Shown: positions 17,733-26,106, counted from the first letter of the stretch. The stretch is DNA of 45,009 nucleotides from an uncultured archaeon (GCA_950073955.1 CATMRH010000001.1:1-45009), one strand, 5' to 3'. Numbers and translations are program-made. The notes: a model not told the origin generated them from the letters alone.

Positions 17733-18779
17733 TTATTCAGATTTTTTTAATGTTTTTTCTATATTCATGTTCAACACAATTTCTGCTATGTCACTAGCAT
17801 ATTCAGAAACTCTTCTGATATTTTCAGTCATTCTTCTAATTCTGTAAATCTCCTCTTCGTCTGTGAGTGATTTTGAAGCATCTCTAACTTTTTTCTCATA
17901 TTTGGCAATTTCATTTGTTTTTCCAATGGTTTTTTCTGCCTGTGAATAATCTTCTTTGAATAATGCCAGACATGAATCATCTAAAACCGATAAACAAAAT
18001 TCATTCATATCTTGGAGTTTTTCAAAAATCTCTTTCTTGACTGATTTTTTGAACTCAAGAAGATCCTTTGCAATAAATGCTGCATGATCTCCTACTCTCT
18101 CTATATTTTTTACAACTAGTCTATATCCAAGGCAATTTCTGGCATTTCTAAAACCCATCTCTTTTAGCATGTGTTCATTTTGTATTGCTATCTTTAACTG
18201 ACGAATTATATAAAATCCAAATCTATCTACTTCATCATCTGTATTGATTACTTCTTGAGCTAGTTCTAAATTATTTTCCTTTACTGCTAAAATTGCATCA
18301 CTAGACATTGATTTAGCTAAGTGAATCATTCTTTTGAATGCCCCATCGACTGATAATTCTAGTAAATTGACTAGAACCTGTACTGTAATTCCTCCACTTG
18401 AGTCAGAAATAATTTCAGAACCCATCAACATTCGCTTAACGGCTTCTTTTACAGTTTTTCTTTGATTAGGACTCAATCTACCATTTTTTGGTTTAACATT
18501 AATCGTTTTGAATCCCAAAAAATATAGAGAAATTAATTTTCTAACAATCGAAGCTGCTTCCTCTTCAGTATTGATCTCTATTGTTGCATCTTCTTTTTTT
18601 TGGATATGAGATTCAAATTTTGGTGGATAAAGTTCTAATGTTGATGATCCTTTTCTGACTATTCTAATTTGGTCTCCTTGTTTTAGACCTAAATCCAAAA
18701 CCCATTGTTTTGGTAATGAAACTATGTATGATGATTTTCCTGTAAATTGAAGTTTTCTTGTTTCTCCTCTTTCTTCCAT
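17733..18779 (-). CDS. phoU: Phosphate uptake regulator: AbrB/MazE-type N-terminal domain plus PhoU repeats
   Basis: RKLQFTGKSSYIVSLPKQW; DDEVDRF, IERVGDHA, IRRVSEYASDIAE. Confidence 0.92.
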   Translation of the reverse strand: MEERGETRKLQFTGKSSYIVSLPKQWVLDLGLKQGDQIRIVRKGSSTLELYPPKFESHIQKKEDATIEINTEEEAASIVRKLISLYFLGFKTINVKPKNGRLSPNQRKTVKEAVKRMLMGSEIISDSSGGITVQVLVNLLELSVDGAFKRMIHLAKSMSSDAILAVKENNLELAQEVINTDDEVDRFGFYIIRQLKIAIQNEHMLKEMGFRNARNCLGYRLVVKNIERVGDHAAFIAKDLLEFKKSVKKEIFEKLQDMNEFCLSVLDDSCLALFKEDYSQAEKTIGKTNEIAKYEKKVRDASKSLTDEEEIYRIRRMTENIRRVSEYASDIAEIVLNMNIEKTLKKSE

Positions 18780-18863
18780 GATCTAAAGAGAAAAAACCAT
18801 TCTATATAGTTTGAGACTTGTAATATAGTTTAACATTGAACTAATATTTGGAAAAGATCACCA

Positions 18864-19343
18864 ATGTGCGTGGATCAAACTCTAAAGCTTCAATATTCAC
18901 TTGATGCATTATTCGGAAATGGCGTATCCAAAAATTTACCAAAAAATATTGAAATAACTTTTTCACGAAAGACTGGAAGAATAAGAACTGTTTCACATAA
19001 AGGAAAATTACTATGCACTTTGAGAATAGATGGAGGTTTAGCAATTAGTCCCTATTTTGCTCAAATTTTACTAAAAAGTAAAACATTTCGAGAAAACTGT
19101 ATTGAAATAAATAAAGACGCTGCTCCATTTGTCAAGGAAGGAAGATCTGTATTTTGTAAGCATGTAATATGGTGTGGAAAAAAAGTACGTATTTCTGCAG
19201 ATACTCCAATATTATTCAAAAATAAAGTCATTGCAGTTGGTAAGGCTGTTCTATCATGTGAGATGATTTTAGATTTTGATAGGGGCGTGGCAGTTAAGGT
19301 CAGAGATAGTTTAAAAAGTCGTAAAGAGGAAATAGAATTATGA
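18864..19343 (+). CDS. PUA-domain protein matching the C-terminal domains of archaeosine tRNA-guanine transglycosylase
   Basis: SRKTGRIR, LCTLRIDG, AAPFVKEGRSVFCKHV, IAVGKAVLS, GVAVKVR. Confidence 0.85.
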   Translation: MCVDQTLKLQYSLDALFGNGVSKNLPKNIEITFSRKTGRIRTVSHKGKLLCTLRIDGGLAISPYFAQILLKSKTFRENCIEINKDAAPFVKEGRSVFCKHVIWCGKKVRISADTPILFKNKVIAVGKAVLSCEMILDFDRGVAVKVRDSLKSRKEEIEL

Positions 19344-19681
19344 TGCGAGGAGGAAATCGCGAAATGCGAAGAATGATGGACAAGATGGGTCTTGATATGA
19401 GTGAGCTCTCAAATGTTCAAGAGGTAATAATTAAGACAGACAAAAAAGAGATTATTCTTACTAAACCCTCCGTTACTGAAATGAAAGCAAAAGACAGCTC
19501 CATTTTTACAGTAACTGCAGATAGTTATGAGGAAAGAGAATTAGAGGTTCCAATTTTCTCAGAAGAGGATATTCAACTAGTCGGTCAGCAAGCTGGAGTT
19601 GATGAAGAAAAAGCTAAAAACGCTTTAGAGGAAGCTAAAGGTGATCTTGCAAGAGCAATATTACTTCTAACTACCGGATAA
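19340..19681 (+). CDS. nac: Nascent polypeptide-associated complex protein
   Basis: MRRMMDKMGL, VQEVIIK, EEDIQLV...GDLARAIL UBA-like end. Confidence 0.95.
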   Translation: MMRGGNREMRRMMDKMGLDMSELSNVQEVIIKTDKKEIILTKPSVTEMKAKDSSIFTVTADSYEERELEVPIFSEEDIQLVGQQAGVDEEKAKNALEEAKGDLARAILLLTTG

Positions 19682-19756
19682 AATCTCAATTTTTGTGCCT
19701 AAAAACCAATTAAAAATGAATGATTTAAGTAATGGAATTGTTGAATTTTTGGTGTA

Positions 19757-20092
19757 ATGAGCAACATTGCTGAATCTAAAGTTACTGGAATAATCAAATC
19801 TTTAAACGCCTTAGAAGATGATCTAGATTCCCTCTATAGCAAAGTATCTGATATGAAAAAACAACTTTCTGTAAAGGCACAGAACGAAATTGATGTCTTG
19901 TTAGAAAAAACTCGAGAAATGGCTACAAAAGAAGCTGAAGTTATCATTAATGCGTCAAAAGAAAAGGCAACGACAGAATCTACAAAAATTACTAAAGAAG
20001 GTGAGGCGAAACTATCTGAAATCCAGTCAAATGTTGATGCTAATTTTGACAAAGCCGTGAAACACGTTGTGTCAACTGTTTTGAAGGCATAA
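19757..20092 (+). CDS. Coiled-coil protein, possibly A-type ATP synthase subunit H/G-like
   Basis: 111 aa, E/K/A-rich helix ending NFDKAVKHVVSTVL, a pattern resembling peripheral-stalk subunits. Confidence 0.5.
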   Translation: MSNIAESKVTGIIKSLNALEDDLDSLYSKVSDMKKQLSVKAQNEIDVLLEKTREMATKEAEVIINASKEKATTESTKITKEGEAKLSEIQSNVDANFDKAVKHVVSTVLKA

Positions 20093-20134
20093 ATCTAAAT
20101 CGTATATTTCATTTTACCAAATATCGATCCCTTA

Positions 20135-20776
20135 CTGAATACTCGTATTGGAATTGCAACTACTTATGGTAAACCATACTATAGATTTTCAACATATCTT
20201 AAGACCCTCAAATTATCTTTTGATTCTATTCTTCCTGAAGAAATTCTAGATTATTCTGGACATCTAATTCTTACCACCATGAAAGAGTCTCCAAAAAAAT
20301 GTGAAAAACCAATATTTCATGAAGATATCTTTGAACATCATCCTACTGTAACTAGAGGTATAATGATGCAAAGACTCAATCAAGATTTTGAAGAAGAAGA
20401 TCTAATATTAGGAATTGACCCAGGACAAAGAACTGGTTTGTCGGTATTTTACTATGGAAAAGAAATTGAGAGTTCATTTCATTCCTCAGTTGAAGAATTG
20501 GTTTTTCATATTATTCAAATTTTAGGAGGCCTTAGAGCAAAAAGAAAAATTGTAAAAATTGGAAATGGAAATATGGCAATTGCAAAACAAATTGTGACTA
20601 TGCTTAATCTTAATTTTTGTTCATCTTTTGAATTGGAATTTGTTGATGAACGAAAAACTAGTCTAAAAATTAAAAATTTTAATCAAAGAGGAAAACGAGA
20701 TATGCTTTCTGCAAAGTATATCTCACAACGAGATGGATATAGACATTCTATTCTACCTCTATCGATGACGGGTTAA
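20135..20776 (+). CDS. RNase H-fold nuclease-like protein (YqgF/RuvC-like); probable non-canonical start upstream of the listed ATG
   Basis: ILGIDPGQRTG, EFVDERKTS, RDMLSA motifs. Frame is open from 20099; CTG at 20135 adds 48 protein-like residues before ATG 20279. Confidence 0.7.
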   Translation: MNTRIGIATTYGKPYYRFSTYLKTLKLSFDSILPEEILDYSGHLILTTMKESPKKCEKPIFHEDIFEHHPTVTRGIMMQRLNQDFEEEDLILGIDPGQRTGLSVFYYGKEIESSFHSSVEELVFHIIQILGGLRAKRKIVKIGNGNMAIAKQIVTMLNLNFCSSFELEFVDERKTSLKIKNFNQRGKRDMLSAKYISQRDGYRHSILPLSMTG

Positions 20777-20921
20777 AAAAATCAGAAATTTCATTGTAAA
20801 AATTTTTACAAATCCACGAGTTTGGTATTTTTTCTTTTCTTCATGCCTGTAAAATGATTAAAGTATGAAAATATCACAGATTTTCTCTGTTTTTTTTAAA
20901 AAAAATGAAATTTTTAGTCAA

Positions 20922-21103
20922 ACAACTATATAACAGAGTGTCATTTTTTCAAAAAATACAATATTCAGATCAGCTATACATATTTATTGAAGATTATTCG
21001 TTTTTTTTGAAACTAATAACTTTGATCGCAAAATAATTTAAAATATTTTCATGTTTTTCTATTTTTTTATACATATTTTATCGATCTATTCTTATATAGT
21101 TGT
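20922..21103. repeat. 12-bp perfect inverted repeat flanking a 158-bp AT-rich spacer
   Basis: ACAACTATATAA at 20922-20933 and TTATATAGTTGT at 21092-21103. Confidence 0.65.
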
Positions 21104-21126
21104 GAATTCTATAATAAAATACCAAG

Positions 21127-21570
21127 ATGACTTGTAAAGGAATTTGTGTTAGATACAAGGCTCAAAAGCCTGTAGGAACCGGAAGATATGCTTCTGGACA
21201 ACGTCGATGCCAAATTTGCGAAATCTTCATCAAATGGGAAGGACTTTGGTGTCCATGTTGTGGATATAGATTAAGAACAAAACCACGTAATCTAAAATAC
21301 AAAGCAAAATTACGTGCTAGAGTTGAAGCTGATTCTATTGAAGCTAAAGCAGCTGCAAAAACTCAATCAGAAGAGATTGAAGTTGGTGTAGCTGTAAAAG
21401 CAAAATCAAAAGCTAAAACAATAAAATCCAAAGCAACGATAAAGGAAAAAACTCCTTGCACATACTGTGAAAAACTGTTTGTATATGCAGACAAACATGA
21501 AAAGAATTGCAAGAAAAATCCAAACATCGAAATTTCCCAAGAAAGTGAATCAATAGCAATAAAAGTATAA
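21127..21570 (+). CDS. Cys-rich zinc-finger protein with Lys/Ala-rich linker and second C2HC finger
   Basis: CKGIC...CQIC...CPCC; KAKSKAKTIKSKA; CTYC-x9-H-x3-C. Confidence 0.85.
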   Translation: MTCKGICVRYKAQKPVGTGRYASGQRRCQICEIFIKWEGLWCPCCGYRLRTKPRNLKYKAKLRARVEADSIEAKAAAKTQSEEIEVGVAVKAKSKAKTIKSKATIKEKTPCTYCEKLFVYADKHEKNCKKNPNIEISQESESIAIKV

Positions 21571-21587
21571 GATTTGTTCATAGCTTA

Positions 21588-21929
21588 TTGAACCCTCCAA
21601 ATGGATTTTCCCAAAAAGTGGTAAATTTGGAGAGCCGTACTTTTTTTTTACAGATTCAAAAATTTGAAAACGGATATTTTATTTCTATTACAGAAGGAAC
21701 TAACAAAATAGGTTCTATGGTTATTTCTTTAGCAACTGGACCTACACCAATTACAACAACTATTATCCCATCTAGAACTGAATCTATTTTTCTAAAACTT
21801 ATCGCTGAACGAATTAGCACCAGGATGAGAGGCATTGCTTTAGTTTCTACCTTTACTCAAAAAGAATTAGACCCCAATACTGCTAAAGCCTTAATGTCTG
21901 AGATAATGGAAATGGTAGATAATGACTGA
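21588..21929 (+). CDS. Conserved hypothetical protein (possibly proteasome assembly chaperone PAC3/PAC4-like fold)
   Basis: TTG start, 113 aa, beta-rich with KIGSMVISL; overlaps the next gene by 8 bp. Fold call is from memory only. Confidence 0.5.
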   Translation: MNPPNGFSQKVVNLESRTFFLQIQKFENGYFISITEGTNKIGSMVISLATGPTPITTTIIPSRTESIFLKLIAERISTRMRGIALVSTFTQKELDPNTAKALMSEIMEMVDND

Positions 21930-23253
21930 TTTAAGAAATTATATTTCTCAAATTAAAAAGAGTAAAGATCTTAAAATTGTAAAAACAAAAGTTTCTACAA
22001 AATTTGAGATTGCGGGAATAACTGCAAAAGTTGACGGTTCATATGCAGTTTTATTTGAAAATATCAAAGAAAGTAACTTCCGTTTAGTTGCTAATTTACT
22101 GGGAACTCGAAAAAGATTTGCTTTGGCAGTTGGAGACACAGAAGATAATATTCATAAAAAAATAATTTCAGCAATCAAAAAAGCTAAACGCCCAAAAATT
22201 ATCTCTTCAGGAAAATTCATGGAAAACAAGTCAAAAAATCTCTTTTCCCTGCCTATTGTAACTCATTTTGAAAAGGAATCTGGTCCATTTATCACATCTT
22301 CCATTGTTTATGCTAAGAATCCTGAAACTGGAAAACAAAATTCCTCCTTTCATAGATTTATGCCAATTGACAAAACTCATTTTTCCATTAGAATGGTAGA
22401 AGGACGCCATCTACACAGATGTTTTGTTGACGCAAAAGAACATGGAGAAGATTTGAAAATTGCAATCACTGTGGGCGTTCATCCAGCAATTTCTATCGCA
22501 GGTGCATATCAAGCTGAATGGGGAAAAGATGAAATTGATATTGCAAATTCTCTTTTGGGCGGAAAATTAACTTTGGCAAAACTTCCTTCTACAGGACTGA
22601 ATGTACCATCAGGTGCTGAAATTGTAATGGAAGGAAAAATTCTTCATGATAAAACTCACCGTGAATGGATGGTTGAAATGCTTCAAACATATGATCATAA
22701 AAGATATCAACCAGTTTTTGAACTTGAAAATCTTTATTTTAGAAATAATCCAATTTTCCATGATGTTCTATCTGGTTATTCAGAGCATAGATTACTAATG
22801 GGAATGCCAATTGAATCTAAGTTAAATGGGGAATTGAAGAAAGCCTTTTCTCAAACACAACAAGTCTCAATGACTAATGGTGGATGTAATTGGTTACATG
22901 CAGTTGTCCAAATTAAAAAGAAAAGCGAATCTGATCCTAAAAAAATAATTAAAAAAACATTTGATTCTCATCGCTCCCTAAAACAAGTAACTGTAGTTGA
23001 TGAAGATATTGATCCTAATAGTGCAGAATCAGTAGAATATGCTATGGCTACAAGATTTCAAGCGGACAAAGATCTGATTATTCTCAAAAATGTTCGTGGT
23101 TCTAGTCTTGATCCTTCTAGTGATCAACAAAAATTACAAACTGCAAAAATGGGCATTGATGCAACTAGATCTCTCTCAAAACGCCCTGATGGATTTAAAA
23201 TAGCAAAAATTCCAAAAATTGATAAAATTAAACTAGAGAAATATTTCAAATAA
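21922..23253 (+). CDS. UbiD-family prenylated-FMN-dependent decarboxylase (possibly anhydromevalonate phosphate decarboxylase)
   Basis: AVLFENIK, NSSFHR, GRHL, AEIVMEG, VVDEDID, AMATRFQ, GSSLDPS, KMGIDAT. Confidence 0.9.
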   Translation: MTDLRNYISQIKKSKDLKIVKTKVSTKFEIAGITAKVDGSYAVLFENIKESNFRLVANLLGTRKRFALAVGDTEDNIHKKIISAIKKAKRPKIISSGKFMENKSKNLFSLPIVTHFEKESGPFITSSIVYAKNPETGKQNSSFHRFMPIDKTHFSIRMVEGRHLHRCFVDAKEHGEDLKIAITVGVHPAISIAGAYQAEWGKDEIDIANSLLGGKLTLAKLPSTGLNVPSGAEIVMEGKILHDKTHREWMVEMLQTYDHKRYQPVFELENLYFRNNPIFHDVLSGYSEHRLLMGMPIESKLNGELKKAFSQTQQVSMTNGGCNWLHAVVQIKKKSESDPKKIIKKTFDSHRSLKQVTVVDEDIDPNSAESVEYAMATRFQADKDLIILKNVRGSSLDPSSDQQKLQTAKMGIDATRSLSKRPDGFKIAKIPKIDKIKLEKYFK

Positions 23254-23332
23254 TCAAAATCAACTGATTAAATTAGATTGGAATTTAATTTTCATGGATC
23301 CATTTAAGAATAACAGAAAGTATCTTTAATCA

Positions 23333-23746
23333 ATGTCTGAACAAGGTAAAAGCGATGAGTGGGATTCATTATGGCAAGAATATACCAAGTCTCTTGAAAA
23401 TTGGAAATCACTTTTTGAGCAAATACAAAATTCAAGTAATGATATGCAATCTAAGTTCAATCAAGTTTGGGACAAGGCCACTGTTGAATCAAGTGCTGAA
23501 ACCATGAAACTATTTGGAGAAAATTGGCAAAAAGCCATGAATGAAGCAGGAATGCAATCCTTCAAAGAATTTGGCGAAAATTGGCAAAAAGCACTCAACG
23601 ATTCTAATGCTTCTGTTTTCAAACAATTTGCTGAAAATTGGCAGAAGACTCTAAGTTCATCTGGATTAGAACAAATGCAAGCTTATGGTGAAATGATGAA
23701 AAAATTCGCTGAAACTTGGAATTCTATGTGGCCAAGATCACAATAA
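23333..23746 (+). CDS. Uncharacterised Trp/Gln-rich helical protein with 19-aa tandem repeats
   Basis: F-x3-W-x-K units starting at residues 42, 61, 80 and 99; TTTAAG TATA-like box about 30 nt upstream. Confidence 0.85.
   Translation: MSEQGKSDEWDSLWQEYTKSLENWKSLFEQIQNSSNDMQSKFNQVWDKATVESSAETMKLFGENWQKAMNEAGMQSFKEFGENWQKALNDSNASVFKQFAENWQKTLSSSGLEQMQAYGEMMKKFAETWNSMWPRSQ
23456..23700 (+). repeat. 57-bp-period coding tandem repeat
   Basis: tttggagaaaattggcaaaaagc (23513), tttggcgaaaattggcaaaaagc (23570), tttgctgaaaattggcagaagac (23627), with degenerate units on either side. Confidence 0.85.
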
Positions 23747-23787
23747 CTTCCGAAAGAATAAACACTTGATTAATTCATTATTTTTTG

Positions 23788-24453
23788 ATGACAATCACTC
23801 AGAGTGAATGTTTTATTGAATTATCTAGTTTTGATGATTTAGCAAGATATGCTTGTGCATTTAGAGAATATCCAAGAAGAGTATATTCTCAAGAATTTGA
23901 TGGTTCAAGAATTCTTTCAAGTAGTTTAACTCTTGCAAATACTTTGTTGATTTTTTATGCCCAAATGCCAAAATCTGGTAGGTATATTTCATACCAAGTT
24001 AATGCAGGAAAAGAGACTTGTGAAATTGTAGAATCTACAAAAGATATCTCAAATTATGCACCTATTGTACATATGGAATCAAAAATTTCCTCATTATCTT
24101 TAAAAACCAAAAAAATCTCTGATCAATTTCATCCAATTCAAGTTAAAGATTTGGGAAGTTTAGCACGATTAACATATGATCCTGAGTTTCCAGATGAACA
24201 AAATCTCACTCTATATGCATTACCTCACAAAAATTCTTGGGTAGTGGGATACATTACACCATTAGAAATGGATGAAGTAATCTATAATTTTAATTATGTT
24301 GAATTAGATTCCGAACCTACCAGACATTTTATAAAATATCAGGGAAATCAAGGACGAGATCCAGAATTTTCAGATAATTTTGATCATGGATATTCATATT
24401 TACCAGTCATCAAAATTAAAAAAGAACATTCGATCTTTGGATTTTCAGATTAA
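23788..24453 (+). CDS. Uncharacterised protein made of two homologous ~105-aa domains
   Basis: IELSSFDDLARY...YISYQVNAGKE...YAPIVHM versus IQVKDLGSLARL...FIKYQGNQGRD...YLPVIKI. Confidence 0.8.
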   Translation: MTITQSECFIELSSFDDLARYACAFREYPRRVYSQEFDGSRILSSSLTLANTLLIFYAQMPKSGRYISYQVNAGKETCEIVESTKDISNYAPIVHMESKISSLSLKTKKISDQFHPIQVKDLGSLARLTYDPEFPDEQNLTLYALPHKNSWVVGYITPLEMDEVIYNFNYVELDSEPTRHFIKYQGNQGRDPEFSDNFDHGYSYLPVIKIKKEHSIFGFSD

Positions 24454-24468
24454 ATTTTAAACCTATTT

Positions 24469-25146
24469 CTACGTCGTTAATTCTTTAATTTTCTTTCTTG
24501 ATTCTTCAACTAATCGTTTTAAAACTGGGATGTAAATTTCTGCTGTATATACAATTTCAATATCTTTGTGTTCTTCAATTTCTAGAAATGCAGAAGCTGT
24601 TACCTGATTTTCTCCTACTTTAGGCTCGCTATTTTTACTTCTTTTACGATTTATGGTTTCTAAAAATATTGGTAATTGTCTTTTAATTTCAATTTCTAAT
24701 TCTTCTTTTGAGCGTAATTTTTCATGACTCAAATTAACTTTGATCTGTTGATTAACATCGTCTTTGTATCTATCTGACGCCCTAATCATGATTTTAATTT
24801 TAGGTAGTTTTTCAAATTTATTCTTGAATTGACAGATTTTTTTAATGAAATTAGGATATGGATTTTCATGTTCCTGATTGTATTTGATTGAATACCATTC
24901 TGAAAATTTCATCGCATTTTGTTCACTCTTTATTTTTGCTTTTTCGTTAAATTTTTTTTGTGAAATCTTTTCAGAAATAAATAATCCAAAATCTCTACTT
25001 CCTTCCTCAAAAATTCCATTAAATACATCATTTACAGAATTTATGTATTCATTAAAAAAATAATTTACATAGTAAGGATCAGGATCATATTGTTTAATCT
25101 GTTTTAGATATATTTCACAATCTTTTATCGTTTTTTCAATATTCAT
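24469..25146 (-). CDS. Uncharacterised mostly helical protein (possibly inactive HEPN-like)
   Basis: 225-aa ORF whose start overlaps the upstream stop (TAATG); no RxxxxH motif. Confidence 0.75.
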   Translation of the reverse strand: MNIEKTIKDCEIYLKQIKQYDPDPYYVNYFFNEYINSVNDVFNGIFEEGSRDFGLFISEKISQKKFNEKAKIKSEQNAMKFSEWYSIKYNQEHENPYPNFIKKICQFKNKFEKLPKIKIMIRASDRYKDDVNQQIKVNLSHEKLRSKEELEIEIKRQLPIFLETINRKRSKNSEPKVGENQVTASAFLEIEEHKDIEIVYTAEIYIPVLKRLVEESRKKIKELTT

Positions 25147-25526
25147 TAGTGTTTGCTAGATTCAGAAGTTGCATATTTTGATTGTGCTTTCAAACTTGTT
25201 GCTAATTCTTTAAAAATTTCATTTACACTGACATCAACTAGATTAATTGTTGCATTTTCCTTTACAATTTGTTTTTCAAATTTTTCTTTAATTGCAAAAG
25301 ATACTGATGACCAATGTAGAGTTCCTTTCAATTGTTCTTCAACTGTGATATTCGTTGTTGGGAAATTTGCTGGTGAGAATACAATTCCATTTGTCCATTG
25401 CATTGTGGGAATTCCTCCACCTGAAGATTTTGTATTAAATGCTATTTGTTTTACCCAATCATCAAATTTGTATTCAATCACTTCATGAATAATCAATTTT
25501 TTCCATGGTTCTACAGAGATTTCCAT
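25146..25526 (-). CDS. Uncharacterised conserved archaeal protein
   Basis: 126 aa; EPWKKLIIHE, WTNGIVF, HWSSVSFA, LVDVSVN; TTATAA box about 25 nt upstream. Confidence 0.8.
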   Translation of the reverse strand: MEISVEPWKKLIIHEVIEYKFDDWVKQIAFNTKSSGGGIPTMQWTNGIVFSPANFPTTNITVEEQLKGTLHWSSVSFAIKEKFEKQIVKENATINLVDVSVNEIFKELATSLKAQSKYATSESSKH

Positions 25527-25632
25527 TTAATCATAGTACTCTCAAACCAATTATAATCTTATTTTTTTGAGCCTAATTCGTTATCAGTCTCGGAAAAATA
25601 AAAATTATGAAGATTTTTCTTGATTTATAGAA

Positions 25633-26106
25633 TTACATCTGTTCTGATTGCCATGCCTGATTAAATTTTTTGATGGCTTCTTGATATGCAATAATTGATT
25701 CATCACCTGATGTTTTAAGAAATTTTTCCCACTGTTCATTGAATTTTTTAATTGATTCAATATTGGTTTCTTTGAAGATACTTTCAAACATCTTTGATTG
25801 TTGTTTAATATATTCAGGACCAATTTCTTCCCACGTATTTTCCCAACTTGAAGTTACTTTTTTTAATAATTCCGAGTCTGATTCTAAGGCTTTTTGACAT
25901 GCATCATGATATGCCATTAGAGTTTCATTAGTAGATTTTTGCCATTGTGCAAGAGATTCTTTCCAACCAGTTATTGCAGTATTGTATTCTTTCCATGCTT
26001 TTTCAAATTCTGGTTTTTTTATTGAAGATTTTGTTTGTTTTTTTGATCTAGCAATTGTTTTTTTGATTGACTTCTTTTTATGAGTGCGTTTTTTCTTGGT
26101 AGTCAT
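25633..26106 (-). CDS. Paralogue of the 23333-23746 repeat protein with a Lys/Arg-rich N-terminal tail
   Basis: Aligns almost without gaps: WKEY/WQEY, WKE/WKS, QKA/DKA, KKFNEQWEK/KQFAENWQK, SGDE...AYQEAIKKFNQAW/SGLE...AYGEMMKKFAETW. Confidence 0.85.
   Translation of the reverse strand: MTTKKKRTHKKKSIKKTIARSKKQTKSSIKKPEFEKAWKEYNTAITGWKESLAQWQKSTNETLMAYHDACQKALESDSELLKKVTSSWENTWEEIGPEYIKQQSKMFESIFKETNIESIKKFNEQWEKFLKTSGDESIIAYQEAIKKFNQAWQSEQM

Noticed and set aside
18804-18831. Direct repeat ATATAGTTT x2 as a phosphate box upstream of phoU
   Set aside because: One copy coincides with the expected TATA box of phoU, and a 9-bp AT-rich repeat is weak evidence.
20905-21036. 43-codon ORF MKFLVKQLYNRVSFF... 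in the intergenic region
   Set aside because: Composition follows homopolymer runs, with no motif; probably chance.
20777-21126. Replication origin in the long AT-rich intergenic region
   Set aside because: No ORB-like TTCCA...GGAAA/G-string elements and no orc1/cdc6 gene in the window.
23456-23700. CRISPR-like array (about 23-bp repeats at 57-bp spacing)
   Set aside because: Repeats are in frame within a protein, vary mostly at synonymous sites, and no cas genes are present.
25605-25823. 72-aa alternative-frame ORF overlapping repeat protein B
   Set aside because: Out-of-frame shadow of a gene whose frame is supported by paralogy.
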